DNA of 57,116 nt, filler included, from Jimgerdemannia flammicorona (Eukaryota): the NCBI GenBank assembly GCA_003990765.1. It is 3 parts of 3 records of this genome, joined end to end, with 100 filler letters (N's around TTAATTAATTAA, not from the genome) between each part and the next. Parts side by side here need not be neighbours in the genome. Positions count along the whole stretch, not along the records: positions 19,075 to 38,048 come from RBNJ01002060.1; 2 more parts are not named here. One strand, 5' to 3'. Shown here piece after piece: positions 25,282-38,148 of this stretch. Below the pieces are notes generated by a model. The model made no database searches. It saw nothing but the letters and a program-made list of their open reading frames with translations, and was not told the origin of the DNA. Within the stretch, counting starts at the first letter, position 1; every line of letters starts with the position of its first letter. A program made the position numbers and the translations under genes.

Positions 25282-26792
25282 TGTCATGTGGTGGTCACTG
25301 AGTCCTTCAAATATACCAGATTCTCTTCAAGGTATATCTTTTAGACTAACTCAAGTTTGTTATAAGCAAGTTCTTATTGGAGTGCCTTCCTAAGGTCTTA
25401 TAGTCCTCAAACTTCTTATCTTTAACTATCTTGTTATCTCTTAGATTGCTTGCAAGGAAGTGTGTATAAGTGAAACTAGAACTGACTTTATTTCAGAAGA
25501 AATAAGAGGGGTATTTATACAAAATATAATTCAATAGTTGCTAAGATATAAAGCTAAATATAAATTCCAATAACTAAAACTACTAAGTTCCAGAGTCAGC
25601 ACTGATGGTTGTACAGGTTCAGAATACTGGTATAATTCAGTATCATATCAGAATACCAGTGCTGAAATAATTTTGCATCACCTCAGAATGTCAGTACTAG
25701 TATTATCCAGTGTTACATCAAAATACTGGTACTGGCATTATTCAGTATAACAAAGAACTTAGAGCAGAAAGTTCAGGACCATGGGGGCTTTATCATCATC
25801 ATTATCACTAAAGAAGATGAGATCCGCAAATTCGTCATTTTCACATACTTCGATGTCATATAAGATGATATCATCACCAATGATGTCATCATGTTTGGTA
25901 GGGAAATTGGAGGCTCTCCAATCTAAGAGGTTCTCTTCTACAAAATAAGAAACAAATGTGGGGTCTTGGGGAGGTCTAACCTAGATGCTTGGGCCTTGGA
26001 ATACTGAGATCAATCCTTGCAGGAATTGGTCTGAGTTGTCCTGAAGGATGGGATGCCAGAAGTCTTCTACTTCATCACTATTGAGAGTAATAGTGGACTG
26101 GGCTTCTGTAGCCACCCTGGCTTCTAGTGCATTGATATGGTGGGATGATAGATCTCTGAAGTCTGAGACTCTAATATACTCTAAGTTAAAGATTGACCAT
26201 GGTGTATGCCTGAAGATCTGATAGATCTTCTTAACCATTCTTGTCTCATATATATCCATGGGAGTGGCATCTTGTAGCTCTTGAGGACTGGCCTGTAGGA
26301 ACTCCTGGCAGAGGAGGTTTTTTATTTCATACTTCTGCTATATTTGGAGACATTCAGTAGCAATGGTGATCCTTGTTTCCATTTCACAGTAGTAGAGAAT
26401 AAAGTGATAGGGATCTGCAGTACTCAGGTTGATACTAGGAGTTCTTCTTGAGTAAGTCCTCATGGCTCTTCTGATGTCTTGGAATATCCTTTCCTCAACT
26501 GAGATACCTTGGTAGTTTATTGACCTTGAGGTTTGGTGAGTGGCAGACATTTTATTTGTGGTAAGTCTTTGAGCTATTTTGGGATTGGTGGTTCTTGTTA
26601 ATTGCTACTACTGTAGTTCTTTGATTCTTCTTTTATATTCTTCAAGATACTTGTACTATAGTCACAATGACTCACAGTTGGTCATCATTGCTCATCTTAT
26701 ATGCCATATGATCTCCTTGTGCTCCGATCTGGTAGCTTGTGAGGAAAGGCTGTCTTCTGTACTAATGTCATCATTCTGAGGTCACTGTTATA
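25282..26792 (-). mobile_element. 5' LTR of element D (LTR-B) with decayed U3 ORF
   Basis: Reverse-complement match to 53413-54962. ORF pieces 26338..26550 and 25981..26259 match 53655-54496. Confidence 0.92.
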
Positions 26793-26819
26793 ATATATAT
26801 ATATATATATATATATAAA

Positions 26820-27506
26820 GAGCTTACTAATTTAATCTTATATTCAATAAATAGAATTTAGTAGACAGAGTTTTATTTATAATTAATATATAGATATCTT
26901 CTATTTCTGAATATTACTAATTATTGAATTAATCTCAATTAGTAACTTAAATCTCTTATTCTTGACTTCATCAAACTTGCTAGTCCTCATTCTGAGAAAA
27001 CATTATGGATGCTTTTATTAGTTATATCTAGTGCTTCCAATGAATCAAATCAAATTGAATTTGGCCCAAACTTGATTCAATTTGATTGAATCAAGGGTCC
27101 AATTCAATTCAATTTGAATTGAATCAAAGGTCCAATTTGATTTGAAGTTTGATTCGAACCTTAATTTTCAAAATATAATAACTCAACAAAAACTCATCTA
27201 AATTTAACATATTTTAGCTTGATAGATTTACTGTATTAATATGATTCTAACAAGCTAAAGTATGTTAGATTTGGATGAGTTTACGCTGAGTTATTGCATT
27301 TTGAAAATTAGGGTTCAAATTAGACTCTCAATTCAATTCAACTTTTAATTCGATTCAAATTGATTCAAATTGAAAAATCCCCAATTTGATTCGACTCATT
27401 TAACCCTCAATTCAATTCAATTCAAATTGATTTGACTCATTTGGAAGCACTAGTTATATCTGAGAGCTTGGAATCATAACTAAAATAAAAAAAAGAGACT
27501 TGTCAT
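26820..27506 (+). mobile_element. Left part of an older hAT copy (host of nested insertions)
   Basis: 26960-27028 and 27461-27506 match the transposase sequence at 28745-28865. Continues at 33908. Confidence 0.85.
27029..27452. mobile_element. hAT-type MITE, 424 bp
   Basis: TIR TAGTGCTTCCAA / TTGGAAGCACTA. 8-bp TSD GTTATATC (27021-27028, 27453-27460). Internal GATTC/GAATC repeats. Confidence 0.95.
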
Positions 27507-27914
27507 TAGTGCTCCAAATGAGTCAATTTGAATCAAATCCAGATTCGATTCATTACATGACAGTTTGATCTGAATCTCAAATCTGAAGCCATCCAAATCA
27601 ACTTGGATTAATCCAAATTGCTCTATCCAAATTGCCCCATCCAAATCACCCATCTGAACCACCCCAATCCAAATCACTCAATCCAAATCACTCAATCTGA
27701 ATCACTCAATCTGAATCCTCTAATTTGAATCCTCTAATTCGAATTCTCCAATTTGAATTCTTTAATCTGAATTCTCATCTGAATCCTTCAACTGAATCCT
27801 CCAATCCAAATTCTCCACATGACTCATATGTCAGATGTATCTATAACACAATATATATATACATATACACACATGTACATATAAACACATGTACATATAA
27901 ACACATAAACATAC

Positions 27915-30518
27915 ATGTCAATAGATCAGTCTTCAACAGTTCACAGTACTGATAATGCTTCAAGTCAAATATCCCTGATAGCTCCACATCTTCCATACAA
28001 TCCTTGCTCTAAAATCTGTCAACATTGTGCTAAGATAGGAGATAATATTGTTTGTAATTATTATAGGTAAAAAATTAAGATGCACCTATTGACACTTTTT
28101 GTTTGTTTTAACATACACATGATATTATTTCATCCACCCCCATGAACTGCACCAGCCAGAAGTTCAAAATGCTTGAGAGTATAACTTTAAATATGAATCA
28201 ATACATAAAAGACAAGTAGTCTGACAAAATCAAAAAGAACATGAAGACAAATAAAATCAATATCCAAGCTGTGATGGGTATATTTATCTGATTGCCCAAC
28301 CATTTCTGTACTAACAATACCATTTAATCAAAAATATTTAGCCATACTTTTTGGCAGAATTTTGAAATTGGCTCATTTACTGGATTGTATACACAGACCA
28401 GCTATTCACAACCATCGAGAGTGATCAATTGTATAGCATCTTTGGTCTCCTCAAGCATGATTTATATTTGCCAAGTGCCAATACTATTTGCAAAGATATC
28501 CTAGAGACCTATAGGAAGGAGCATGACAATCTCTGCCAGACACTTCAGGTAAAATAAGGGCAGCACCATGACCTTTGCAAGCTGAATTATATAAAAGAGC
28601 TCACCAATTTAATCTCACATTCCATAAGCAGAATTCAGCAGACAAAATTTCATTTATGATTGACACATAGATATCCCCCAATGCAATTTCATTTCTAGGC
28701 ATTACCGGTCATTAGATTGACCTTGATTAGCAGCTTAAATCTCTCACTCTTGACTTCATCAAACTTGCTGGCCCTCATTCTGGAGACAATATCGCAGATG
28801 CTTTTATTAGTTATATCTGGGAGCTTGGGATCACTACTAAAGTAAAAAAGGGGGGCTTGCCATCAGGTCAGCATTTTGAGAGAGGTTCTAAACTAAACCA
28901 GATTTTATTGATTATTTATTTTCATATAAATTCACCAACTAAATATTTCAAGTACAGATTTTGACCATTATGATAGACAATGCTACAAATAACTCAACAT
29001 TTTTCAAAGTTTTAGTGGCCAGCCTCAAACAGAAAAATGTGGCCTTTGGTGCAGAAAGCTGTCATATGTAATGCCAGACCCACATACTAAACCTTGCTAT
29101 TCAGGACTATCTTACATACATAGACAAAACATCCAAGAGAGGAGGGGCTCTGAGTATAATTTCTGAGCTATGCAATCTGGTTGTGTCAGTCTGATCATCT
29201 CCACAACAATGAGACAAATTCGCTATGTAGTATAGGGCAATCAGTTTAGCTCTGAAAGAGCTTATATTGGACATCTGTATGCATTGGAACTCAACATTTG
29301 CAATGATTCAGCATGTACTGGAGTTTGCTGTGGTATGCATTCTTTTTTTCTTCAGTCAGCTGAAGCAACTTGTTTCAGATAATTGAAGATTTATTTAAAA
29401 AAAAAAAAAACAAAAAAAGTCAATAGATTCAACAGTGGCTGCTAACAAGGAAATATGGGCTGAGGCTCTAGGTGAAAGTGAGTGGGACATACTTAGGAAT
29501 GTTGTCAGAGTTTTGGAAGTAAGTGGTGATTGCTTCAGCTCCACACTCATTTTGTCAGCCTCCACACTCGTTTTGTCTACCTACACACAATGCAACACCT
29601 CACTACATACATATAACTGCCAGTGTTTTGATAATTGTATAAAGGATATAGTCAAACAAACAGCCCTGACAATAAGCTCAGCAATACTAGTATACAACCT
29701 TCTGATTGACTGGCTAGAGGACAAGCTCAAGGATAGGCTAGAGGGTTGCAGTGATTTATGGTTGAGCCTGGATCAGAGAGATACTTTGGAGGTTGCTCTT
29801 AGTAAGCTCAGAAAGTACTACTCCCAAACAGATACTACTGTATACTCAATTAGTATAGGTATGTCAATGTCAATGTTGGTGTATGGCTGTTGCCCCTTCC
29901 AAAACAGAGAAACCCCCACAAAAACTCACTCTCTCCTCTCTTTTGAACAGTACTAGACCCACACTTAAAGCTACAATACCATAAAGATCAGGGCTGGGAG
30001 CAGTACTTCATTGAGAGAACCAAGCAAACTATAATCAAAGTATACTGAAAAAACTACATGCCACCACAAGGTTCTGGCCAAAGTCTGGATGAATATGCCA
30101 AGAGATTCCTCCTGTCCCACATTTACTTCAGCAGAAAGAGGAAGAGGGAGCTGTCAGTGGAAGAGCTGCTATCAATAGACAAACTTACTATTTACCTCAC
30201 CAGTGACCATGTGATCCTGCTGGAGGGCATGGAGGTGCTCAACTAGTGGAAAGTGGGTTGTCAGATAGGCATTGGACCAATTTAACCCACCAATCTAACC
30301 ACTGCTCTACCTATCAGGGCATGCAGCTATGTTAAATGAACTTTCCCAGCCTGTGTGGCATGGCTTGGGACTATCTAGCAATTCCTGCCTCCAGTGCTCC
30401 TGTCAAGTAGGTGTTCTCAGATGGGGTGGACCTTATTGCCCCAAAGAGATATATGCTGAATGCTGAGACAATCTGGGCATGTATGTGTCTGAAGTCTTGA
30501 TGGAGCTTGGGCTGCTAA
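27915..30518 (+). pseudogene. Intron-containing hAT transposase (BED finger, DDE core, hATC dimerization domain), inactivated
   Basis: SKI(C)QH...CNY BED-like start. FLGITGH and HSGDNIA (about 28690-28790). DNATNN (about 28975). HWNSTFAM (about 29282). FPSLCGMAWDYLAIPASSAPV (30340-30405). Several premature stops. Confidence 0.9.
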
Positions 30519-30649
30519 AATTCGGTGGGTCCTGGAGATTTGTAGATAAGTTGGTTGGCCTTGTGGAATATTTAATACCTTTCAAAATAATAAAAAGGTA
30601 AAAAACCCTAAGGACTCAGCCTGAAGTTTGCGGTCCAAGTAGGCAGTGG

Positions 30650-31295
30650 TCAGTGGGGTTGGCAGTGACAGTGGAGGGAGTGCACAATGTTTGTAGCCCT
30701 CCATCAGTAGCAAAAAGCAGCCCCAAGCTGCCAGTGCCCAGGTTGGTGAGTGGGTTGGCAGAGGGAGTATGCAAAATTTGTGGTCCTCTGCTGGCAGCAA
30801 GGGGCAGCCCCAAGCCACAAGTGTCCCAGTCAGAGGGGTTGGCAGAGGGAGTGTGCAAAACTTGTAGCCCTCTGCCAGCAGCAAGAGGTAGCCCCAAGCT
30901 GTCAGCACCTGGGTCAGTGGGCAGGGTTGGTCAGCAGGGTTGGTGGGTGTGAGATCAGTAGAGGGAGCACACAAAATTTGTAGCTCTCTGCCAGCAGCAA
31001 GGGACAGCCCTGAGCCACAAGTATCCAGGATGGATGGAGCAGGTAGAGGGAGCATACAAAATTTGCAGCCCTCTACCAGTAGTGAGGAGCAGCCCCAAGC
31101 TGTCAGCACCCAGGTCAGTGGGTAGGGTTGGTGGGTACAGGGTTGGTGAGGGAGTACATAAAATTTGTGGCCCTCCACCGGCAGCAAGGAGCAGCCCCAA
31201 GCCATAAGTGTCTGGGACAGGTGGGGCAGGCAGAGGGAGTATATAAAATTTGTGGCCCTCTGCTAGTAGCATAGGGGCAGCTCTAAGCTGCCAAG
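30650..31295. repeat. Seven copies of a roughly 55-bp GC-rich core with variable spacers, between the two converging hAT genes
   Basis: Core GAGGGAGYRYRCAAAATTTGTRGCCCTCTGCCAGCAGCAAGGRGCAGCCCCAAGC at about 30674, 30761, 30845, 30961, 31046, 31148 and 31233. Confidence 0.9.
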
Positions 31296-31635
31296 GAGTC
31301 TGGGGTAGAGGGTGCTTCTGGTGATCAGAGGGTGCTTCTGGCAGTTGGAGGACATTTCTAGTAGTCGAAGTCCACTGCAGATTCAGGCCCTGTCACCAGT
31401 TCAGGTCCTATGAGCACCCTGGCCCTACACTGTAGTGCCACACTAATGGCACTGCAGAGCAGGGCCAAGAGACTGGTAGGGCTCTACATAATGGCTAAGC
31501 TAGTGCTACAGAAGATGTGCCCAGCCCAACCCCCCACATAAGACTGCCCAACTCATACAAAATAACTGCCTAACTCTCATGAAAGACTGCTTATCTCTTA
31601 TGAAAATTGCCTAATCCTTACAAAAACTGCTCCAC

Positions 31636-33320
31636 CTACTGGTCCCAGGCCTTGATGAGCCTATCATCTATTGTGAGTGCAACGACTATTGTTTCTGAGC
31701 TCTCCTCAAAGGCAATAGTGCCATAGTAGTTATGTGGTTGGAAGAGGATAGCTATATTGACCACAAACAGGACTTCAAAACCATAGGTGAGATCATACCA
31801 GACTCCACCGCTATCCTCCCAGGTTGGGCCCTTCCTTTCCAGAATGTAAAACATTATTAGGGTGATATTGTTGTCTATGTGTATGGGCAGAGAAAGGTTG
31901 CACCCAACATATTTTGATGTGATGTGAGCATATAGTTGGGTGAACCCTTGGTCCAGGACCTCATACTGCCAGGCTGTACTGGTGGATACCTGCCCCTGGT
32001 CCAGCCCCAAGAGCCCCGGCTTGGAAACCTGCCAAAATGGATAGCAACTAGTCAGTCCTTTTTATATATAGGGGGGCAGAAGCCTCCTGGGCCGCAGAAA
32101 TCCCCCAGGCTGCAGCACCCCAAAAATGTGAAGCTCCTCACCTCATACGGCATACCAAGAATATATATATAGCCATGCTGAGATCACCACCAAGCTGGCC
32201 TGCCATATACTCTACCAATCTACTCAAAGAACCCCAGATTATAGCCACCATTGCCACACAGGCTGTGTCATACTCATGTGCAGTTTGCTCTTCAATAGCA
32301 CTTCTAAAGTTCTGATAGGGGTACAGAATCTTATATATCTCTGGATTTGTATAAAAAAGAGTATATCAGTGAAGAGTGTGATTTATCTGGAGAGGAGTAA
32401 AAAAAAAGGGAGATGAGTGTGAGAGATTTCAGAACTCTGGAACCCACTCTTTGTCAGTATTGCAGTATACTCAATTCCCATCCAAACTCCCCCTCCTTGC
32501 TTTTTTCACCCCCTCTTTTCTGTCATCTAGTATTTGATACAATCCTCGCAAATCTCATTAATGTGGTGGCAAAGCTTATCACCATAGAGGTTTCTTACCA
32601 CCATCATAACTACCTCTCCATGTTCATTAATAAAGATATGGTTCTCTTTGTCATTAGTTACTTCTGCTGACCAATAGACCCCTTGGTTGAGAACAATTGG
32701 CTCTGATTCAAATGTAGACCCCCAAGCCTTGATGATAATACTAGTACTGCTTATGCTGAACATCTTGCCCTTGAACTTCTCTATTTTATCAGACACCAGA
32801 CATGGTTAAACTCGGGTAACTTTGAACTCTCCTTTTTAATGAAACTGAGCCCTGATCTGAGAGACTGAGATAAGTATATGGACAGGTTGTATGCAGATAG
32901 ATTGCATGCAGACAGATTGTATATAGGTGGATTGCATATGGGTGTGGGTGTTTTTTAGGGGGAGACCATATAAAAAATAAAATTAAATAAAACATGGAGA
33001 TGGGTATTTCAGAAAAAGAGCATGAGTGAGTGAGTAAGTGAGCTGTATGCCAACAAGTTACATGCCAATGAGTTGCACAAGATTGCTCATGAAGGCTTGC
33101 TTCTGTTCCTTTTGAGACCTCCACCATGCAATACATTGACTCAACAGCTCAGCCACCAAAGGCATGCCCTGCAACGTCCTCCAACCTTTCTTCATCTTGA
33201 CCAGATGTTGTGAATAAAGTTGACAGATCTCACCATAGAGCTGTGGACCCTAAGAAGAGCATGAGGTGAATCAGATTGTGCTGGAGGAATTTAAACAAGT
33301 AGTAACAGAAAAGAGCAATC
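31636..33320 (-). pseudogene. Putative 2OG-Fe(II) dioxygenase (TET/JBP-like) cargo gene, multi-exon
   Basis: Last exon (31636..32010): LSLPIHIDNN (HxD), SGGVWYDLTYGFEV, AILFQPHNYYGT. Upstream exon IFINEHGEVVMMVVRNL (32527..32796). GT-AG intron at about 32029-32141. The 5' boundary is uncertain. Confidence 0.6.
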
Positions 33321-33907
33321 TACATCTACTACTGGCTACTCCAAAAAGGCTACCACATATATAGCTGTGAGGTCTGTGAATTCTGAGGTCCAAAGGGCTG
33401 CTATGAGTTGTTACCAGAGTTCACCCTTATCCCTGCCATCACTATCACCATTGCTATCACCATTGCCACCACTGTCATCTCTTTGGCTCTTGATGAGCAG
33501 CTTGTGTACTGTCTATATGAGAAAAAATCTAACATTATCAGTAGAGAGTGCATTTCCACCTTGAATACTCCCTCTTTTGATGATTATTGCAGAGTGAAAA
33601 ATAAGTAGACTGGACCAACATATGAATTAAGAGCTACTGTTTTGTTTGCTCATGATGTGGTAAGAAAGAACAAAGAACAAAGAAAAGAGAGGGAATAAAG
33701 GAAAGAGTGATATCACTAAAGTATGGTAGGAAAAAAAAAACAAGAGCAAAATGAACAAAAGAAAGGGTGATGTCACCAAAGATTTCAATCCAGATGGATC
33801 AATCCAGATAGATCAGATCACAAGACCATCCAAGTTGATTCAAATCCATTATATGACAAACCTGAATCAAATCTCATCTGAATCAACTTCATTTGTTCAG
33901 AGCACTA

Positions 33908-35594
33908 CTTGTCATTAGGTTAGTATATATTTTGAGAGAAGTCTTAAAACAAAATAAATTTTAATAGTTATTTATTTTATATAAATTTACTAACTAAAAA
34001 TTTCAAGTACAGATTTTGACTATTATAATAGATAATACTACAAATAATATAGTATTTTTCAGAATTTTAGTGGTTAATATTTAATAGGAAAATATAGTCT
34101 TTAGTATAGAAAACTACTATATATATTGTCAGATCTATATACTGAATCTTGCTATTCAAGATTATCTTATATATATAGATAAAACATCTGAAAGTAAAGA
34201 AATCCTGAGTATTGTTTTCAAGTTATACAAACTGATTATATTGATCTAATCATCTCTACAATAATAAGACAAATTTACTATATAGTATAAGATAATCAGA
34301 TTAGTCCTAAAGAGCTAATATTAAATGTCTATATATATTGAAACTTGATATTTACAATGATCCAGCATATACTGGAGTTTGCTATAGTATATATTCTTTT
34401 TTTAATTAATTGAAGTAAATTGTTTCAGATGACTAAGAATTATTAATAAATTTCAAAACAGAAATTTTTTTTTTTTAAAAAAAAAAAAAAAAGCTAATAG
34501 ATTTCATAGTTACTGTTGATAAGAAAATATAGAGTGATGAAAGTAAGTAAGATATACTAAAAAATGTTATCAGAGTTTTAAAAATAAGTAATAATTACTA
34601 TTTATTTTGTCCGCCTCTATATAGTAATATAACAATTTACTATTTTTAACTATCAGTGTTTTGATAATTATATGAAGAATATAGTTAAACAAATTACTTC
34701 AACAATAAGTTCTATAATACTGGTATATAATCTTTTAATTAATTAATTAGAAGATAAGCTCAAAAACAGACTAAAGAGTAGTAATGATTTCTGGTTCAGC
34801 TCAGATCAGAGAGATACTGTGGAGATTGCTCTAAGCAAGCTTAGAAAATACTACTTCAAAATAGATACTACTATATATTCAATCAGTACAGATATATCAG
34901 TATAGTAGTTATCTCTTTCAAAAAAGAGAAACCTCTGCAAAACTCACTCTCTTTTTCAAAACAGTATTGAATCTATACTTAAAGCTATAATACCATAAAG
35001 ATCAGGACTAGAAGTAGTACTATATTGAGAAAGTCAAGTAATTTATAATTGAAATATACTGGAAAAACTATATACCACTATAAGGTTCTGGCTAAAGTCT
35101 AGACAAATATACTAAATAATCTCTTCTATCATATATTTACTTCAGCAGAAAGAGGAAGAGAGAGCCATCAGTGAAAGAACTGTTGTCAATAGATAAACTC
35201 ACCATTTATCTTACTAGTAACTATGTGATTCTGCTAGAGAGTATAGAGGTACTCAACTAGTAGAAGATGAGTTATCTTCTTATAAGTACATAGTTAGTAG
35301 AGTTAGGTCAATTTTAACTACCATTCTAACTACCATTTTACCTCCTGGGGTATGTAGCCACAGATGTATCAAACAGACTTCCTCAGCCTGTATAGTATAG
35401 CTTAGAACTATCTGGCCATTTCTGCTACTAGTACTCTAGTCAAATAAGTATTCTCTAATAAAGTGGATCTTATTTCTCCTAAAAGATATATACTGAATAC
35501 TGAGGTAATCCAGACTTATATACATATATCTAAAGTCTTGATAGAGCATAGACTGCAAGTTCTGCAGTATTAAATAAAAGTTATAAATAAATTA

Positions 35595-35642
<48 letters not shown>

Positions 35643-36450
35643 AGTTCAGCTTAGGGCATAAGATAGTAGACAGAGGAAGTGTACCAGAGTTTGTAGTCTC
35701 TCACCAGCTACAAGAAGCTACTCTTGAGTAGCTCAAGTAGGATAGAGATCAACAGGGTAGAGATCAGTAAGATTAGTAGAGAGAGTATGCAAAATTTGTA
35801 GTGCTCTGCTAGCAATAAGGGACAATTCCAAGCTATTAGTTAGTGCAGAAGTCCAGGTTAGAGAGAGTATACAGAATTTGCAGCCCAATGACTTACTGCA
35901 AGAAGTAGCTTTAAGTAGTCAGATTTTGATACAGATTTAGGCTCTATGAGCATCCTGGCCCTATACTGTAGTACTATACTAGTAGTATTACAAAGTAAGG
36001 TTAAGAGACCAGTAAAGCCCAGTAAAAAGCTAAACTAGTACTATAAAAAGAGACACCTGACTGCCTAACCTTTACAAAAGATTATCTAATCTTTATAAAA
36101 CTGCTCCATCCACTAGTCATAGACCTTGATGAGCCTATCATTTATTATAAGTATGATGACTCTAGTATCTGAGCTCTCCTCAAAGGCAATGATACCATAG
36201 AGGTCATGTAGTTAGAATAGAATAGCTGTATTTGCTATAAACAGAACTCTGAAACCATAGGTAAGATCATACTAGATACTACTACTGTTCTCCTAAGTTG
36301 GGCCCTTTCTTTCTGGAATATAAAATATTATTAGAGTGATATTGTTATCTGTATATATGGGTAGAGAAATATTGTACCCAATATACCCTAATATAATATG
36401 AGTATATGGTTGGATGAATCCTTGACCCAGGATCTTATATTATCAGACAA
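33908..36450 (+). mobile_element. Right part of the older hAT copy (transposase 3' half, three repeat cores, end of the cargo gene)
   Basis: Colinear with about 28860-31975 but far more C>T/G>A mutated. 36110-36450 matches the dioxygenase-like exon. Confidence 0.92.
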
Positions 36451-36845
36451 TAGTACTCTAAATGGATGAAATTGATCCAGATGAGATTTGATTCAAATTC
36501 ATCATATGATGGATTCAAATTAACTCAGATTGGTCTCATGATCTGATCTAGATTGATCCATCTAGATTGATCTATCTCACAAAATCTTTGGTGACATTAT
36601 CCTTTCTTTTATTCATTTTTTACTCTGTTTTTTTTTTTTTCCTTCTATACTTTGGTGACATCACTCTTTCTTTTATTCCCTCTCTTCTTTTATTCTTTCT
36701 TTTGTTCTTTTTCTTTCCTGCTGCATCATGAGCAAACAAAACAGCAGTCCTTAATCATATGTTGGTCCAGTTTACTCATTTTTTTATCCTGCAATAATCA
36801 TCAAAAGAGGGAGTATTTGAGGTAGAAATGTACTCTCTGCTGACA
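36451..36845 (-). mobile_element. Third hAT copy, right terminus only, inverted
   Basis: TAGTACTCTAAATGGATGAAATTGATCCAGATGAGATTTG... is the reverse complement of 33535-33907. Confidence 0.88.
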
Positions 36846-37750
36846 TCCTTTCTCCACTATCTTACCAGTCATAATGGTTTGGTAGACAACCTTCCGAGTC
36901 TACTTTCCACAATTATTACCCCCTCTATCTTGGATTGGTTTGCTGTACCTATTGCAGGGTAGTGGGAGGGAGACAATGGTGATGAGTTGCTCCTTTATTG
37001 GTGTCAGATCAGTGTTTTCTCTACTTTTTCACAGTTTCTGGTGCCTTCGGCTATGTCTGGGGTACATCTGTTTTGGTACAGTGCCTTCTTTCTTTTGCCA
37101 TCACCAACAAGGTGTTGTCTTGGTACATATATCTCAGGCTATGTAGGGAGTTAGCTGATCTTGGGCATCAAGTACTCAGTATAGGTTACCTGCAGGTCCT
37201 TAGTGCCTGTGGTGGGGCCCTCTGGCTTTGGCGAGCTTTCTGACAAGCACAGTTCTGGCATAGGTGACTACTTTTTGGGTGTTGTCAGAATGGGAGAGGA
37301 GAAGGCAATTACAGATAGGAGGAAGGGCGATAACAGTGGACCAGTAGGGTGCCAGGCTGGGGGCAGTTGTCGGGGCTGGGGTGGGTGCTACTTCAGTAGG
37401 GCCTTTTGATTGGTATGGTATAGTTAGGTGGTAGGTGTCACTCTCGGCTTCTTTTGGTAATTCAGTGGGTTGGGCCCTGGTCATCTGAGGGGGTCAGGGG
37501 GCCTGAGGCTATCCATTTTAGGTATCTTGGTTATACTCAACTGGAACTGGGAGCTGATATGGAAATGTGATCGAGGCCTGCAGGCTTAAGTAGTGGGGTA
37601 TTGGGGGTCTCCTCCCACCTCACGTGTAAGTTCTTTACTTACCTCGACTGGGAGAACTAGGCCCTACCCACCGTATTGTACTTTGATGAGGGTTTTTCTT
37701 TACCTGTCATTCTCTTTGGAGTGGTAGGGGCTATTCTATTTGGCTCAGGC
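36846..37750 (-). mobile_element. Probable 5' end and ORF1 start of a LINE
   Basis: Minus-strand MDSLRPPDP at about 37516 (PPDP is common at LINE ORF1 N-termini), followed by Pro/Thr-rich coding-like sequence. Confidence 0.4.
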
Positions 37751-38013
37751 ATGACCTTGTACATATGTTGGGTTCTCGGGCATGCGCTTTTGGTTGTTGG
37801 CATATGGTTGGGTTTCCCCTAGTAGTAGAGAGAGCATGGTATACAGAATGAGGTATGGGTCATTATAGGCCCTGCTATGCCTAGCATGATTGAGCTGCTG
37901 GACAATAGCTAGCCTAGGTTAATGGGGGGGCAGTGCTTAATGGGTGGTGGGAGAGGTTTTTGGCCTATATAGTCTAGATTCCCTTTCAATAAAAATCCAT
38001 GGGACATTGAGTC

Positions 38014-38048
<35 letters not shown>
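37751..38048 (+). mobile_element. LINE-like 3' end with poly(A)
   Basis: G-rich sequence, AATAAA at about 37988, and a poly-A run into the gap. Confidence 0.5.
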
Positions 38049-38148
38049 NNNNNNNNNNNNNNNNNNNNNNNNNNNNNNNNNNNNNNNNNNNNTTAATTAA
38101 TTAANNNNNNNNNNNNNNNNNNNNNNNNNNNNNNNNNNNNNNNNNNNN
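38049..38148. other. Scaffold gap with TTAATTAATTAA linker
   Basis: N runs flank the linker. Confidence 0.98.

Larger units (their letters stand above)
19108..26792 (-). mobile_element. Near full-length Ty3/Gypsy element D (LTR-B, gag, PR, dUTPase, RT, RH, IN, PPT, partial 3' LTR)
   Basis: 5' LTR at 25282-26792. Partial 3' LTR at 19108-19510. PPT AGGAGGAAGA at 19511-19520. Gag from 25161 with a CFRCGEEGH knuckle. AIIDTDTGG protease. RT YVDDVIIFS (about 21960). Integrase YHPQGNGQIER (about 20400). No chromodomain seen. Confidence 0.93.
27507..33907 (+). mobile_element. Full-length hAT DNA transposon (6.4 kb) with a cargo gene
   Basis: TIR TAGTGCTC / GAGCACTA. 8-bp TSD CTTGTCAT (27499-27506, 33908-33915). 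Subterminal AATC/GATC repeats. Confidence 0.95.

Noticed and set aside
30650..31295. CRISPR-like repeat-spacer array
   Set aside because: Eukaryotic transposon context, degenerate repeats, mutually related spacers and no cas genes.
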